This document shows positions 10,001 through 18,157 of a stretch of DNA of 53,221 nt, in pieces. The translations under genes and the position numbers were made by a program. Origin of the DNA: Thermoplasmata archaeon (GTDB lineage: Archaea; Thermoplasmatota; Thermoplasmata; GCA-020350865); contig CP070751.1 in assembly GCA_020348445.1 (NCBI GenBank), forward strand, positions 2,653,355-2,706,575, in the 5' to 3' direction. The notes beneath the pieces were generated by a model. That model was not told the DNA's origin, ran no database searches, and worked only from the letters and a program-made list of their open reading frames with translations. Position 1 is the first letter of the stretch; each line of letters opens with the position of its first letter.

Positions 10001-13000
10001 TTCTTGGCAGTCAGTGGAAGTGGAATGGTTTGATTTATTTGCTCACCGTCATAAACCGAGAAATTATAGGTATAGTTCCCTTTTGGTAGGGATATATTAA
10101 AGAAGTACAGTTTTCCGTCCACAGTATTTGTGTCCGATGAATTTCCTTCTTTCATCACAAAGGGACTGCCGGGCCAGGGACTGCCAAACTCATCCTCGAT
10201 GTACAACCACAAGGACAGAACATCGTTGTCGCGATCCATCATATTTACCGTGAAGTTAAAATCATCCTCTCCAAAGCCAGAGGCAGGTATAACCTGTTGT
10301 AAAAGGAAGATCGGGATGTTGTTGATTAAATAGATATTGTCGGGTGTTGTATAGTTCCATCCTGCATTAAATCCAGTATCATTTGCCTCGAAACGATAGG
10401 AGGATAAACCCTTAGGGACCGAAATATTACAATAAAATTCCTTTCCGTCTGTCCAATTGATATCAGTTGAGTTGAGCTCAAACATCGTAAAATTCCCGAC
10501 GCCGAATATATTTAGGTTCACGCTATCTGCAGAATCATTATCTATATCAATATAAATAACAGTAAAATTGAACCAGCTGCCACCGTAATTGCTCTCGTTT
10601 ATGTAACTTCCTGAGAGCTGTGGGAGGGTGTTTCGAACCAAGGGTGCAGTAACGTTAGCACTGGGTATTACAGGCGTACTAACGAAATCTTCTCCCTCGA
10701 CATTGAAGGTGTAGAGACCCTTTTTCAAACCTGTTAAATTGATATAAAAGAACTTACCATCTTTTGTATTTGTATCACTTTGGTTCACCTCATACATTGT
10801 AAACTTTCCACCCGATGGTCCTGTGAGGTTTAAAATAACATACAATGCTGGAAGGCCACCAGGGTGTGTATATTTAACTGTGAAATTGTACCAAGTGGTG
10901 TTGATACCTACAGTTGGACTTACTTTTGGCAATGTAAGTAAAGCAGTTTCACCACCAACATTGGGCCCATTATCTCCTATATCATCAGCCCACAATCCAA
11001 GGGAATCATTAGCATAGAATGTATAAGAATAGGTCCCATTGAAAGAAAGGTTGGTTATAAAGTAATAATCTTTTCCGTCAGTGTAATCCAAGTCCAATAG
11101 ATCTAGTTCCCACATCGTGAAATTCCCAAAGTCAGGGGCAGTAAGTCCGGTGATATTGATGGAGATATTACCTGGTTTATGATTATCATAATCTGTATAG
11201 GTTACAGTGTAGTTGAAGAACGTAACATTACCAAAACCGATGGGTGGCTCAAGATTATAATCAGAAAGAATTGGTTGTGAATTAAGTACAATGGGCTCAG
11301 GAATCTCGGGGCTCTCTCCCCACACATCCTTTGAGTCATTTGCAGCACAATGAAAGGAATAGGAACCTATGCTTAAACCTGAAATAGTGAAATAATAGTC
11401 TTTTCCATCGATGTAATAATCATCTGCAGGATCCACCTCGATCATATCATAACTACCTGAATTAGAGGGCCCTGAGATGTTGACTGTAACATTATTTGGA
11501 GCATCATTGTCAAGGTCGATATACGTGACTGTATAGTTGAAGATCGTTGTTATAAAACCACCTGGATCCAAAACCTGGGCATTTGCTAGAATCGGGAGTG
11601 AGTTCACAACCAGAGGTTCGAGGAATTCATTTGTCACATTCCATACACCCTGTGTATCATTTGCCGCAAAATGATAAGAATAGGAGCCGTTAATAAAACC
11701 TGTGTAATTGTAATAATATAGCTTCCCGTCAGCATAATTTAAATCGTCTCTATCAACAGGGATCATAGTCCAATTGTCTGCATGGGAAGGTCCTGTTATG
11801 TTCACGGTGATCACGACAGGGGGCTGATTGTCTAAATCAGTGTAGTTGACTGTGAAATTAAAAGGTGTGGAGGCATCCCCTGTAGTTGGAGTCAAACCGT
11901 AATCAGTAAGGGTTGGAGGGGTGTTGATAATGGTTGGCCCTGGAAACTCTGATGTTTCGTTCCAGAAATCAGCCGAATCATTGGCTGCAAAATGATAGGT
12001 GTAGATGGTGTCGTTTACAAATCCTGTGAGGTTAATATAATAGAACTTACCATCCCTGTAATTATCATCACCTGGATCGAGAGCAACCATATCAAATATA
12101 CCAAGACCTGTGATATTCACCAGGATGGCAGCGGGAGGATCGTTATCCAAATCTGTATAATTGATTGTGAAATTGAAATATGATGAAGCATAACCCACTA
12201 ATGGGAACATAGAGGAGTTTGTAAGCTGGGGAGGATTACCACCTACTACTTTGAAGATCTTCGAGAGTGTATGAGTCACACCATTTGATTCGATCCCAGT
12301 GACTAGTACAGTATAGTTGCCCGCCAAACTTGGATTGAAGGTGTAATTGAACAGTTTCCACGTTGATGGATATCCCAAATCGGTTTTTTCCAAGGTCATG
12401 GGTTGGTCGAGAACGATAACTGACTCGAATGGAGAAATTATGGTGATGCTCGCGCCAGTTATATCGTAAGAGCCCAGGGGATCCGAGATATTGGCCTTGA
12501 TTATAACATCTTCACCGGCCATGAAATCAGATCGTTCTCCATCGGAAACATTATATGTCCTGACCCAATCAACGCTAACAAATGATCTTGTAGGTATTAT
12601 CCTGATGCATGAGGGCTCGGTAATTGAGTCATAAGCCAACCAAATATCAGTTGATGTGTCACGGTTTGCGGTCAGGTTAAGTATAAGGTAATTTCCCTTT
12701 CCTAAAGTGTAATCAACATCAGGGATGATAATCCTCAGCAATTCCCATCCTACAGTCGAATCTGTGGTAAATATTAAGATTTCGTGTGCGATTTGGGTTT
12801 TTGTTAAGCCGGCGATTTCATATAGGGTGACATTAAAAGACTGGGATGTACCTGCACCATTGTCATCGAGCCATAAATCGATTACAACATCATCTGCGAT
12901 TATGAAATCTGATGCAAGAATTGGTGTTAAATTGAATTCATGATAGCTATTTATCCTATAATCTGGGACGGGTTTCTTTAACGTTGTACCCAGAGGGCCA

Positions 13001-15834
13001 TCATCGTCGAAATCCGTGACCGCACCTGCAGTTGGTGGGGTTGTATTCATATAATCATATATATCATCCTTATTCAATATCCCATCATCATGAAAGTATA
13101 ATGTCTTATCCTCCACCATACCAATTGCCATGATTCTCCAATCGTTATAAAAATCGTTTTCTTGCCCAAAGTCCTCCAAATAAAGTACCTGAAGCTTCTT
13201 TGGATTTCTGGGTATATCCTCACTGGTCTCAGGACCCCAGCTCGATCCCTTTGGAGGGGGATCCCCAAATAGAATACCATCTGTGTAGTTCATGAAATCC
13301 ACAAACACATCTAAATTAGAGGTTAGTAAAACATCATCGCCGTAATCGTTTAAAACCTCGGTTGTTCTATTCCAGAATATGTCTGTTGAGGTATTTATGC
13401 CCATTCCAAAATGAAGGTTAACGCTGTTCTTATTGCTGAGAAGGAAATATTCAAATACGTACATGTTAGCATCCTGGTCAGTTACGGTCCAGTTTGTCAT
13501 ATCCAAATCAGGGGCGCTGATGGTGCCATTATAATAGAGATTTATCCATTCTGCATCTGCCGAGCCATTGACATGAACCTGGTTTATAACAAGGGGTGCA
13601 AAATAAATTGGTTGATATGCAGAAACTGTTGTTAGTTCCCTGCAATATGCCGCAAATAGCATGTCATCATCCTGTTGAATCCAATCGACGCCATTGTATC
13701 TTGCGCTCGTACCGCCTGGCCACGGGTCATCATTCCTCTTTCCCCATTGATTACCATCTCCGGGAGGCTCAGAGGAAGTTGCCACTATCCAGTATATTTC
13801 CCCCTCCCTAATCAGTGCAGGATTTGAAAATTGCACACTTTGCCAACTATGACTCACACCAAAATCCATTACTTCAATAGAGGTAATATCAATGCCGCTA
13901 GGCACATCATCTGTAGGATCCAAATTACCCTTATCATCATTTGTCTGGATCACTACGCTCAATAATGAATCCACGCCCTCATCGTTTGCATATATATCGA
14001 TCTGGGAGAGGAGACAGGTAGAAGATGCGGAAAAGGACTGCGCCCAGCTTTGTATATTGTTGATAAAATTCACCGAAACATCCTCCATTTTTTTATGTGA
14101 AGTAAATTCCACATCCGTATTTCCGTAACTGTCGAGTTGTGGGATTTGCGGCGATGCAAAAGCCATGTCATAGACATTTGAATCTGCACCATTTAAATCC
14201 TCCCCTCCCCCTCCGCTGTTTGCAGAAGCTGCAGTATCAACCTTCATGAATCCAGAGCGTGAGCCTTCTATTGGAAATGGGAGACTGTTGTTATCCTGAG
14301 CACCGATGAGAACCACGTAATTCCAAATCTCGAAATCGGGAATGGTTATACCAGTTGCCGGTATGGAAATCTCCACTGCATTGGATGCAGGTGATGCTTT
14401 TGCCGAGTTTTTATCTATATCAGCTAAAATATTACCATCTTCGTCTACTACATATCCATTTTCCCAGCCATCGGCCCAAAGTGCAAATTCCCATCCAATT
14501 CTCTTATCCAGTTTCAGCCTTGCGTTCCTTAGGGTATCATCCCTGCCTGTTCCGTTTCTATCTGTGTCCACGAGAATTTGGATTATCTGCTCACTGAAGC
14601 TCAGATTGCCGTCGGTACCGTCACCTGGGATAACATAATCATCGATGCTGTCGAAGACGAGAAGGAAATTTATTGAGTTGTAATCCACGCATACACGAAA
14701 CTCCAGGAGATCCAAACAGCGTCCTGGATTTTGTTCGAACCTGGGATCCGATGGGTATTCGTAATCCCCGTCTCCCTCATCATCCTCATGTACATCGGTC
14801 CAGATGAACTCCCATTTGTCTATAAGTCCGCTATCTGGTTGCAATGGTGCAACTCCAATCCAATCACCAATCGCCCCGTCAATCTTGATTTCATCGTGAA
14901 GCTTTAAAACACCCGGTGAAAGTACTTTTAATGGTCTTGTCAATTCGTTGTTTGAGCTAAAACCATCGCCTGTCAATAATGTGGTAACAGTAATGTTGTA
15001 GTCATCACCGTAGGTTGGTGTGAAGAACCAGGATAAGTTGGCAAGGGCGCCGGAATCCAGGGAAGTTACAGCTTGGGTATCATTATATACCTCATCTCCA
15101 TCCGAATCTGTAATTACGCACCTTACATCAAATGAAGTATTCTGATCTGCTGAGCCATAGTTTTTGATTGCAGCAGTTATGTTTATTTCCTCACCCACTT
15201 CTTTGTAACCTGAAGTAATAATATCTTCTGGCCCTACATCGTTTACAGTTTCCCCGTAAATCCTGAACATAAGGTCATCATTTATATACAAATCCCAATT
15301 AAGGGGTGTACCCTGAGCCAGATAACCATATGGATATACATTTCCAGAATTTTGCCATTGATAACCTTTGTTCTTACGAAGTTGATTGCATGAGGCCATT
15401 ATCCAATATCGCTGTCCACTGGTAATGGGAATCGAGAATGGGAACTCCAACCATTCCCATGCATCTCCCGCGTTTCTGCTTACCATACCACTTATAGGTG
15501 TTCCAGGTTCATCGTCGTCCGAGATTCCATTACTTTTATCATCATTATCATAGATTGCCACATGCAGTTCTTCATCGTCTAAGAGATCGATTACATAAAT
15601 GCTCACCCTTGTTAATGTATAACTACGACTTGCGATGAAGCATTGGGTGGCATTGTTTAAATAATACACAGGGATTTGCTTATTTCCAAAAATAACCTCG
15701 TTTGCCTCCATCAATTGCTCTACTGCAGGAGCTTCTGATTCCAATGAAAAAAATGAAAAATTACCTATTAGCAAAATAAATAATATATATATTGTCAATG
15801 TTTTTTTTTGAACTTCAGTTTCCCTTTTACTCAT
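4087..15834 (-). CDS. Giant (3915 aa) multidomain cell-surface protein with an internal cytoplasmic longin-like domain and a PEF-CTERM tail
   Basis: Domains in order: signal peptide; two beta-sandwich repeats; CARDB-like; glucodextranase-C/DOMON-like (about 14160-14910); lamin-tail-like (about 13290-13600); 7 Ig-like repeats of type NFTVxYTDxDND; 8 putative-Ig/cadherin-like repeats of type NxPPxI...EDxxY...WVNVTVxDGNGG; FN3-like; TM (about 7143-7215); longin-like (about 6735-7135); GLTNG repeats; TM (about 6325-6400); second extracellular region; IPEF + TM + basic tail. Confidence 0.85.
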   Translation of the reverse strand: MSKRETEVQKKTLTIYILFILLIGNFSFFSLESEAPAVEQLMEANEVIFGNKQIPVYYLNNATQCFIASRSYTLTRVSIYVIDLLDDEELHVAIYDNDDKSNGISDDDEPGTPISGMVSRNAGDAWEWLEFPFSIPITSGQRYWIMASCNQLRKNKGYQWQNSGNVYPYGYLAQGTPLNWDLYINDDLMFRIYGETVNDVGPEDIITSGYKEVGEEINITAAIKNYGSADQNTSFDVRCVITDSDGDEVYNDTQAVTSLDSGALANLSWFFTPTYGDDYNITVTTLLTGDGFSSNNELTRPLKVLSPGVLKLHDEIKIDGAIGDWIGVAPLQPDSGLIDKWEFIWTDVHEDDEGDGDYEYPSDPRFEQNPGRCLDLLEFRVCVDYNSINFLLVFDSIDDYVIPGDGTDGNLSFSEQIIQILVDTDRNGTGRDDTLRNARLKLDKRIGWEFALWADGWENGYVVDEDGNILADIDKNSAKASPASNAVEISIPATGITIPDFEIWNYVVLIGAQDNNSLPFPIEGSRSGFMKVDTAASANSGGGGEDLNGADSNVYDMAFASPQIPQLDSYGNTDVEFTSHKKMEDVSVNFINNIQSWAQSFSASSTCLLSQIDIYANDEGVDSLLSVVIQTNDDKGNLDPTDDVPSGIDITSIEVMDFGVSHSWQSVQFSNPALIREGEIYWIVATSSEPPGDGNQWGKRNDDPWPGGTSARYNGVDWIQQDDDMLFAAYCRELTTVSAYQPIYFAPLVINQVHVNGSADAEWINLYYNGTISAPDLDMTNWTVTDQDANMYVFEYFLLSNKNSVNLHFGMGINTSTDIFWNRTTEVLNDYGDDVLLTSNLDVFVDFMNYTDGILFGDPPPKGSSWGPETSEDIPRNPKKLQVLYLEDFGQENDFYNDWRIMAIGMVEDKTLYFHDDGILNKDDIYDYMNTTPPTAGAVTDFDDDGPLGTTLKKPVPDYRINSYHEFNLTPILASDFIIADDVVIDLWLDDNGAGTSQSFNVTLYEIAGLTKTQIAHEILIFTTDSTVGWELLRIIIPDVDYTLGKGNYLILNLTANRDTSTDIWLAYDSITEPSCIRIIPTRSFVSVDWVRTYNVSDGERSDFMAGEDVIIKANISDPLGSYDITGASITIISPFESVIVLDQPMTLEKTDLGYPSTWKLFNYTFNPSLAGNYTVLVTGIESNGVTHTLSKIFKVVGGNPPQLTNSSMFPLVGYASSYFNFTINYTDLDNDPPAAILVNITGLGIFDMVALDPGDDNYRDGKFYYINLTGFVNDTIYTYHFAANDSADFWNETSEFPGPTIINTPPTLTDYGLTPTTGDASTPFNFTVNYTDLDNQPPVVITVNITGPSHADNWTMIPVDRDDLNYADGKLYYYNYTGFINGSYSYHFAANDTQGVWNVTNEFLEPLVVNSLPILANAQVLDPGGFITTIFNYTVTYIDLDNDAPNNVTVNISGPSNSGSYDMIEVDPADDYYIDGKDYYFTISGLSIGSYSFHCAANDSKDVWGESPEIPEPIVLNSQPILSDYNLEPPIGFGNVTFFNYTVTYTDYDNHKPGNISINITGLTAPDFGNFTMWELDLLDLDYTDGKDYYFITNLSFNGTYSYTFYANDSLGLWADDIGDNGPNVGGETALLTLPKVSPTVGINTTWYNFTVKYTHPGGLPALYVILNLTGPSGGKFTMYEVNQSDTNTKDGKFFYINLTGLKKGLYTFNVEGEDFVSTPVIPSANVTAPLVRNTLPQLSGSYINESNYGGSWFNFTVIYIDIDNDSADSVNLNIFGVGNFTMFELNSTDINWTDGKEFYCNISVPKGLSSYRFEANDTGFNAGWNYTTPDNIYLINNIPIFLLQQVIPASGFGEDDFNFTVNMMDRDNDVLSLWLYIEDEFGSPWPGSPFVMKEGNSSDTNTVDGKLYFFNISLPKGNYTYNFSVYDGEQINQTIPLPLTAKNNPPTILTTDMVNTPEDSLYSVLYNRTDRDGDSTFWRFETNATWLTFISGLLEGAPTNLEVGSYYVNITLVDAEGALDIHNFTLNVTNTLPEIITPTIEFHDEDSVYFIDFDSIDDGQGTITYSLTTNATWFDPLTSDGFLSGFPENDNVGSFWVNVSVNDGNGGIFSLNYTLTVNNTPPWITNEPIITAFEDLGHTDDFNSDDESKGNTTYSLHTNATWLGIVKFNGILSGTPNNDHVGWYWVNVSVTDGNGGMDFENYTLTVININDDPMINTSDVLTAFEDSLYFVDYNASDVDPTNDILNWSLDTDATWLNIDNSTGMLNGTPGNDEVGLYWVNVSVDDGNGGLDYHLFDLTVVDVNDPPHINTTNLVNATEDSPYLVDYNFTDIDDLNVTWQRQTNASWITIDLNTGNLSGIPRNDDVGLWWVKVTAIDDRGATNSTNFTITVANTPPNITNKPIEYAKEDVLYVDDFNCSDDGWGNITYLLVSNASWLDINSSTGVVNGTPDNTHVGWFWVNVTVLDGNGGSDFENYTLTVNNTLPSIITTPLTIATEDLDYYLDFDCNDDGQGQIRYSFKTNAPWLSIDNITGNVTGIPRNDDVGSYWINVTVEDGNGGRHSRNYTLTVYNTNDDPVITTENVKLAIEDSEYSVIYEYIDVDGDDVEWSLITNATSWLGIHPQLGVLSGMPRNPDVGWYWVNITAYDGNLGYHHTNFTLNVTNTNDVPTIPQLLLPEDDTFQNTTFPTFSWGASTDPDRGDYVVSYTLQYSTSPDFSENLTTVTGITDTFYTPATPLIDLSSYFWRVSALDSNGQESGFSTHHYVFVVDIGYEPPKYLGGLKSAAVKYKDTWTRDLDEYFEPGTIKEGLVFTCNYEEVHIDPVTHVATWKPKNKKDFLRDVIFTVYDGRTNVSSNTLDLSVEKEIPPPSIWDKYIWPWILIPIFALIVGFIVTSYLRRGPAPFVESVFLIHEYSILITHASIRKDDEIDKDILSGMLTGVKNLISDAFVREEDSKEEEGLHKLEFGERNILLEKGNHFFIAIVFTGVENKDLLTKIDGVIWEIEENYANVLEGWDGDPEDFKGVHGIVETLLSPVKIEIEEIEGVAEVEEVPYPGFTAEPGKEAEVELQAGMTLEEIEKELGLVDEIIKDIEITRKGLTNGLTNGLTIGLRSLRAGITNGITNGNGITNGLGARRGLFEGKPRKMRLISVPIVIFLLILAPFFVISIYSPPELIEIDGDFSDWEGITTISDVAEALPFNPNIDIVDYGVDSRYSELSFYVKVYENMLAGEPEYSGRHMDCVHIFIDVDQSQLSGYLINGIGSDFMIKVEGWKGDVYSKTLMAYTATTPDWNLWTYVGKVSAAASGSKLEVKVDYEALGLNNKGNVDVLFYMQSWDGHDDFSDSVISNEKGILHVVQQGVAEGHISGNARKLLRLDISAEHTDVAIEKIRLTRIGKGNDHDVSAVRLSEGADIIATGTLSNGITELEAAIQLDKGTRKTLYVEVDISAGALEGNSVGLRVIRPHDIFTNKGTINMISGVPDHNYYDVSYIISVPTEIKVDGAFADWKDKDMMQDNYGDVENKNLDILEYGSSNNTETVSFYLRVDGEMGFGTPVPYWNVKNAPSTSGPSEPSEPGEPGEPGPRPPSELPVLKGEDIAYVYIDSDNSSTTGYSIGEIGADHLIEIKGRYGEIISNKHLSFQGSSPSNWAWKEEHNVIAKTDTIRLETQIPTKSLDITGPFSMYFQTSDWNQSKQDYSDERGSRGAEGDYPISSMIKIVNDRATRGIGTVVGEENKAPATIGWGDATETEMLNFSIEGSGDVITINKINITHGGDGDIADCRVYIYNESDSLTKGALDGDETLLNAGGTVLSSVDTEIDISNMNVGPSYKAYILITVVFTTTIADVGEDHYINITASKDFNLTSTTDNITGTTFPLSGGPTEIIPEFKMIAIPMLGFFALFFVSRKVSNRKKRKIEK

Positions 15835-15911
15835 CGTAAATCGCCTAGTCTATCTGTGTCCGTTAATATTTTAATTATAATGTACTATTTTTTCAATACC
15901 CCCTTATGCCC

Positions 15912-16412
15912 TCACGTTTCCCCTCCTTCAACTCTCTCGGTCAAAAAGAAAGTACAGTGTGAATCTCCCTTAGAAAGACATTTCTTCTCTCTGCAGTGAT
16001 ATCCTTTTTCTGATATAGAGGAAACCATCCCTGCCAGATAACCGCGGGTAAAATCGCAGGAAGCTTGCCCAACATCACCATTTACATTCGCCTCAATGGA
16101 TTCATTCAATTCTAGGGTATAACCTCCTTCTTTGGATTTTTTTATGTTTAGTCGACTAAGACCGATCTCTTCCCAAAGACTGGGTAAGAAATCGGGGATT
16201 TTCTTTTGTCCCTTAACTTCAATTCCCATGCTTTGGACGCATGCCTCTCCACTTCTAAATCCATATCTGTACAATATGGCCTTAATTGCCATCTCATTCG
16301 CAAGCGGTTCAAGCTCATGCCTAAGTGTTTTTAACGCTTCTGCCGGCATGATAAAAAAGGCTGTGCTTACCCTCTCATTCTGAGACTCTTGTTCTTTCTC
16401 TATCTTCTTCAT
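15912..16412 (-). CDS. V4R (4-vinyl reductase) domain protein, HNOX/Bet3-like fold clan
   Basis: ILYRYGFRSGE helix, LWEEIGLSRL, ESIEA, SCDFTRGYLAGMVS, CREKKCLSKGDSHCTF (typical V4R Cys pattern). Its start overlaps the end of the GTPase ORF by 38 bp. Confidence 0.85.
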   Translation of the reverse strand: MKKIEKEQESQNERVSTAFFIMPAEALKTLRHELEPLANEMAIKAILYRYGFRSGEACVQSMGIEVKGQKKIPDFLPSLWEEIGLSRLNIKKSKEGGYTLELNESIEANVNGDVGQASCDFTRGYLAGMVSSISEKGYHCREKKCLSKGDSHCTFFLTERVEGGET

Positions 16413-17001
16413 TTTTCTCCCCCATTACAACTTCCCTTTTACTAACGATCTTCTTGGCCAAGCTTAAAAACGCATCCTCCACATTCTCACCGGTTTTTGC
16501 ACTTGTATACATGGATTCGGTTTTGAAGCTACGGGCGAAAATCGACATCTGTTGTTTAAGAGCAGTGCTTGCCTTCTCAAGGTCAATTTTATTTGCCAGG
16601 AAAACGACAGGCACCTCGCCAGTTATCTCGAACATTCCAGTTATCCAGTTGGATACACTGTCAACAGTTTTCTCCCTGGTTACATCGCATACTATCAATG
16701 CACCTTCAACACCTTTGTAGTAAATAGAATCGAATCTGCGGGTTTTACTGCCCAATATATCCCATATCATCAGCGTTAATGCCAAGGATCCCTCATCTAG
16801 ATAGATGAGCTTCTTCGTAACCTTCATCCCAACACTTGGGATGTATTTATCGTCGAAAATATCGATTACGTATCTTCTAATCAAGCTGGTCTTCCCCACT
16901 GCGGGGTCACCGAGCACGCATATCTTTCGAAACAGTTCCTTCATGTGAATCGCCGTTTTTCCTCCCCGAATTTTATCATACATTCTCCTTCGAGCTATCA
17001 T
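16375..17001 (-). CDS. Rab/Ras-like small GTPase (start may be ATG 16944 or 16983)
   Basis: G1 GDPAVGKTS, G2 region YIPSVG, G3 WDILG, G4 NKID, G5 SAK. No C-terminal Cys prenylation motif. Confidence 0.92.
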   Translation of the reverse strand: MIARRRMYDKIRGGKTAIHMKELFRKICVLGDPAVGKTSLIRRYVIDIFDDKYIPSVGMKVTKKLIYLDEGSLALTLMIWDILGSKTRRFDSIYYKGVEGALIVCDVTREKTVDSVSNWITGMFEITGEVPVVFLANKIDLEKASTALKQQMSIFARSFKTESMYTSAKTGENVEDAFLSLAKKIVSKREVVMGEKNEEDRERTRVSE

Positions 17002-17080
17002 TTCTTAGGGCTCTTTTCAAACACCTCTTTTGTTGTATGACTCCATATCTGGCTAATCGATTTAAAGCAGATAAATATTC

Positions 17081-17356
17081 CTATTTTCTGTATAATATAG
17101 CTTCCTCGTAAGCTTCAGCCATTTGTTTCATGAAGTCGGTTTTACTGATGTTCCTTTCCCTGAGCCATTTCTGGAGTTCCTGCTGTCTGGAAACCCATTC
17201 AGCCATGGCAGAGCGTATGATTTCAGACGGATTGAAGTGCTCTTGTTTACAGATCTTGAAGAACTCGGTGGCAGTCTCTGCAAAGTCCTTGGTCACGAGA
17301 ATGTGAATATGGTCTCCAGGCTTGTAGTTCTTGTAGTTATTCCCCTTTTTAGGCAC
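17081..17356 (-). CDS. Small ribbon-helix-helix (CopG/MetJ-like) DNA-binding protein, putative
   Basis: 91 aa. Alternating strand HIHILVT, then helix, then NPSEIIRSAMAEWV, which is typical of RHH helix B. GGTGA SD 4 nt before the GTG start. Confidence 0.55.
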   Translation of the reverse strand: MPKKGNNYKNYKPGDHIHILVTKDFAETATEFFKICKQEHFNPSEIIRSAMAEWVSRQQELQKWLRERNISKTDFMKQMAEAYEEAILYRK

Positions 17357-17459
17357 TATTTCACCATATATGATAATATATATGCCAGTATATAAAACTA
17401 TGTAAAAACTTTAACACCTATAAACATATATTAACATATGTCATAGCAGATAGCCAGAT

Positions 17460-17743
17460 ATGTCAATATGATAGCATAAATTATCATCTTTGATAAAAAT
17501 AATCACACATGTCAATACGATATCATAAAATATCATCTTTGATAAAAACAGACATATATGTCAATACGACATCATAAATCACCATCTTTGATAAAAACAG
17601 TCATACATGTCAATACGACATCATAAATCACCATCTTTGATAAAAACAGTCATACATGTCAATACGACATCATAAATCACCATCTTTGATAAAAATAGAC
17701 ACATATGTCAATACGATATCATAAATTATCATCTTTGATAATA
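17460..17743. repeat. Non-coding tandem array, 6 x 49 bp
   Basis: Units start at 17460, 17509, 17558, 17607, 17656 and 17705. Consensus ATGTCAATACGACATCATAAATCACCATCTTTGATAAAAACAGTCATAC; the last unit is truncated. Confidence 0.95.
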
Positions 17744-17925
17744 ATAAATTATATTGTAATATAGATTACCATGCTAGAACATGAATTAACAGTTATTTCT
17801 ATTATTTTGAAGCTTTTTTCATATTTAAAACACAAAATAGAATAAATGATCAATGTAGAATATATCTTTCTTACATATGAATAGAACAGATTCTTATAAA
17901 GAATCAAAATAACTATTTTGAAAAG

Positions 17926-17986
17926 GGGGTGGTGATGGGAAGAAAAAACCGATGCATGAATTTACACGCTGAGAGGTCACCACCCC
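17926..17986 (+). other. 10-bp inverted repeat enclosing box C/D-like motifs
   Basis: GGGGTGGTGA (17926-17935) / TCACCACCCC (17977-17986). Inside are GTGATGG, CCGA, TGCATGA and CTGA. Confidence 0.3.
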
Positions 17987-18157
17987 AAAGAGGAGGTAAG
18001 AGCCCATTTCACTATCAAATTAGCTTTCCCAGTTTATTTAAACATATCGTGGTTATTACCTCAGATACACCAATAACCACGAAAAAAGTTTCTGATGCAA
18101 ATTAATCTCAAACCTAAGACCAAATATATTTTATCCTGTAACTTCATTTCTGGCGCG

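Noticed and set aside
796-17001. Assigning the contig to Asgard archaea because of roadblock, longin-like and Rab-like genes
   Set aside because: No diagnostic marker is present. The surface-protein repertoire and PEF-CTERM tail look Thermoplasmata/euryarchaeal, so taxonomy needs marker genes from the full contig.
17460-17743. CRISPR array
   Set aside because: The whole 49-bp unit is repeated with no unique spacers, and no cas genes are in the window.
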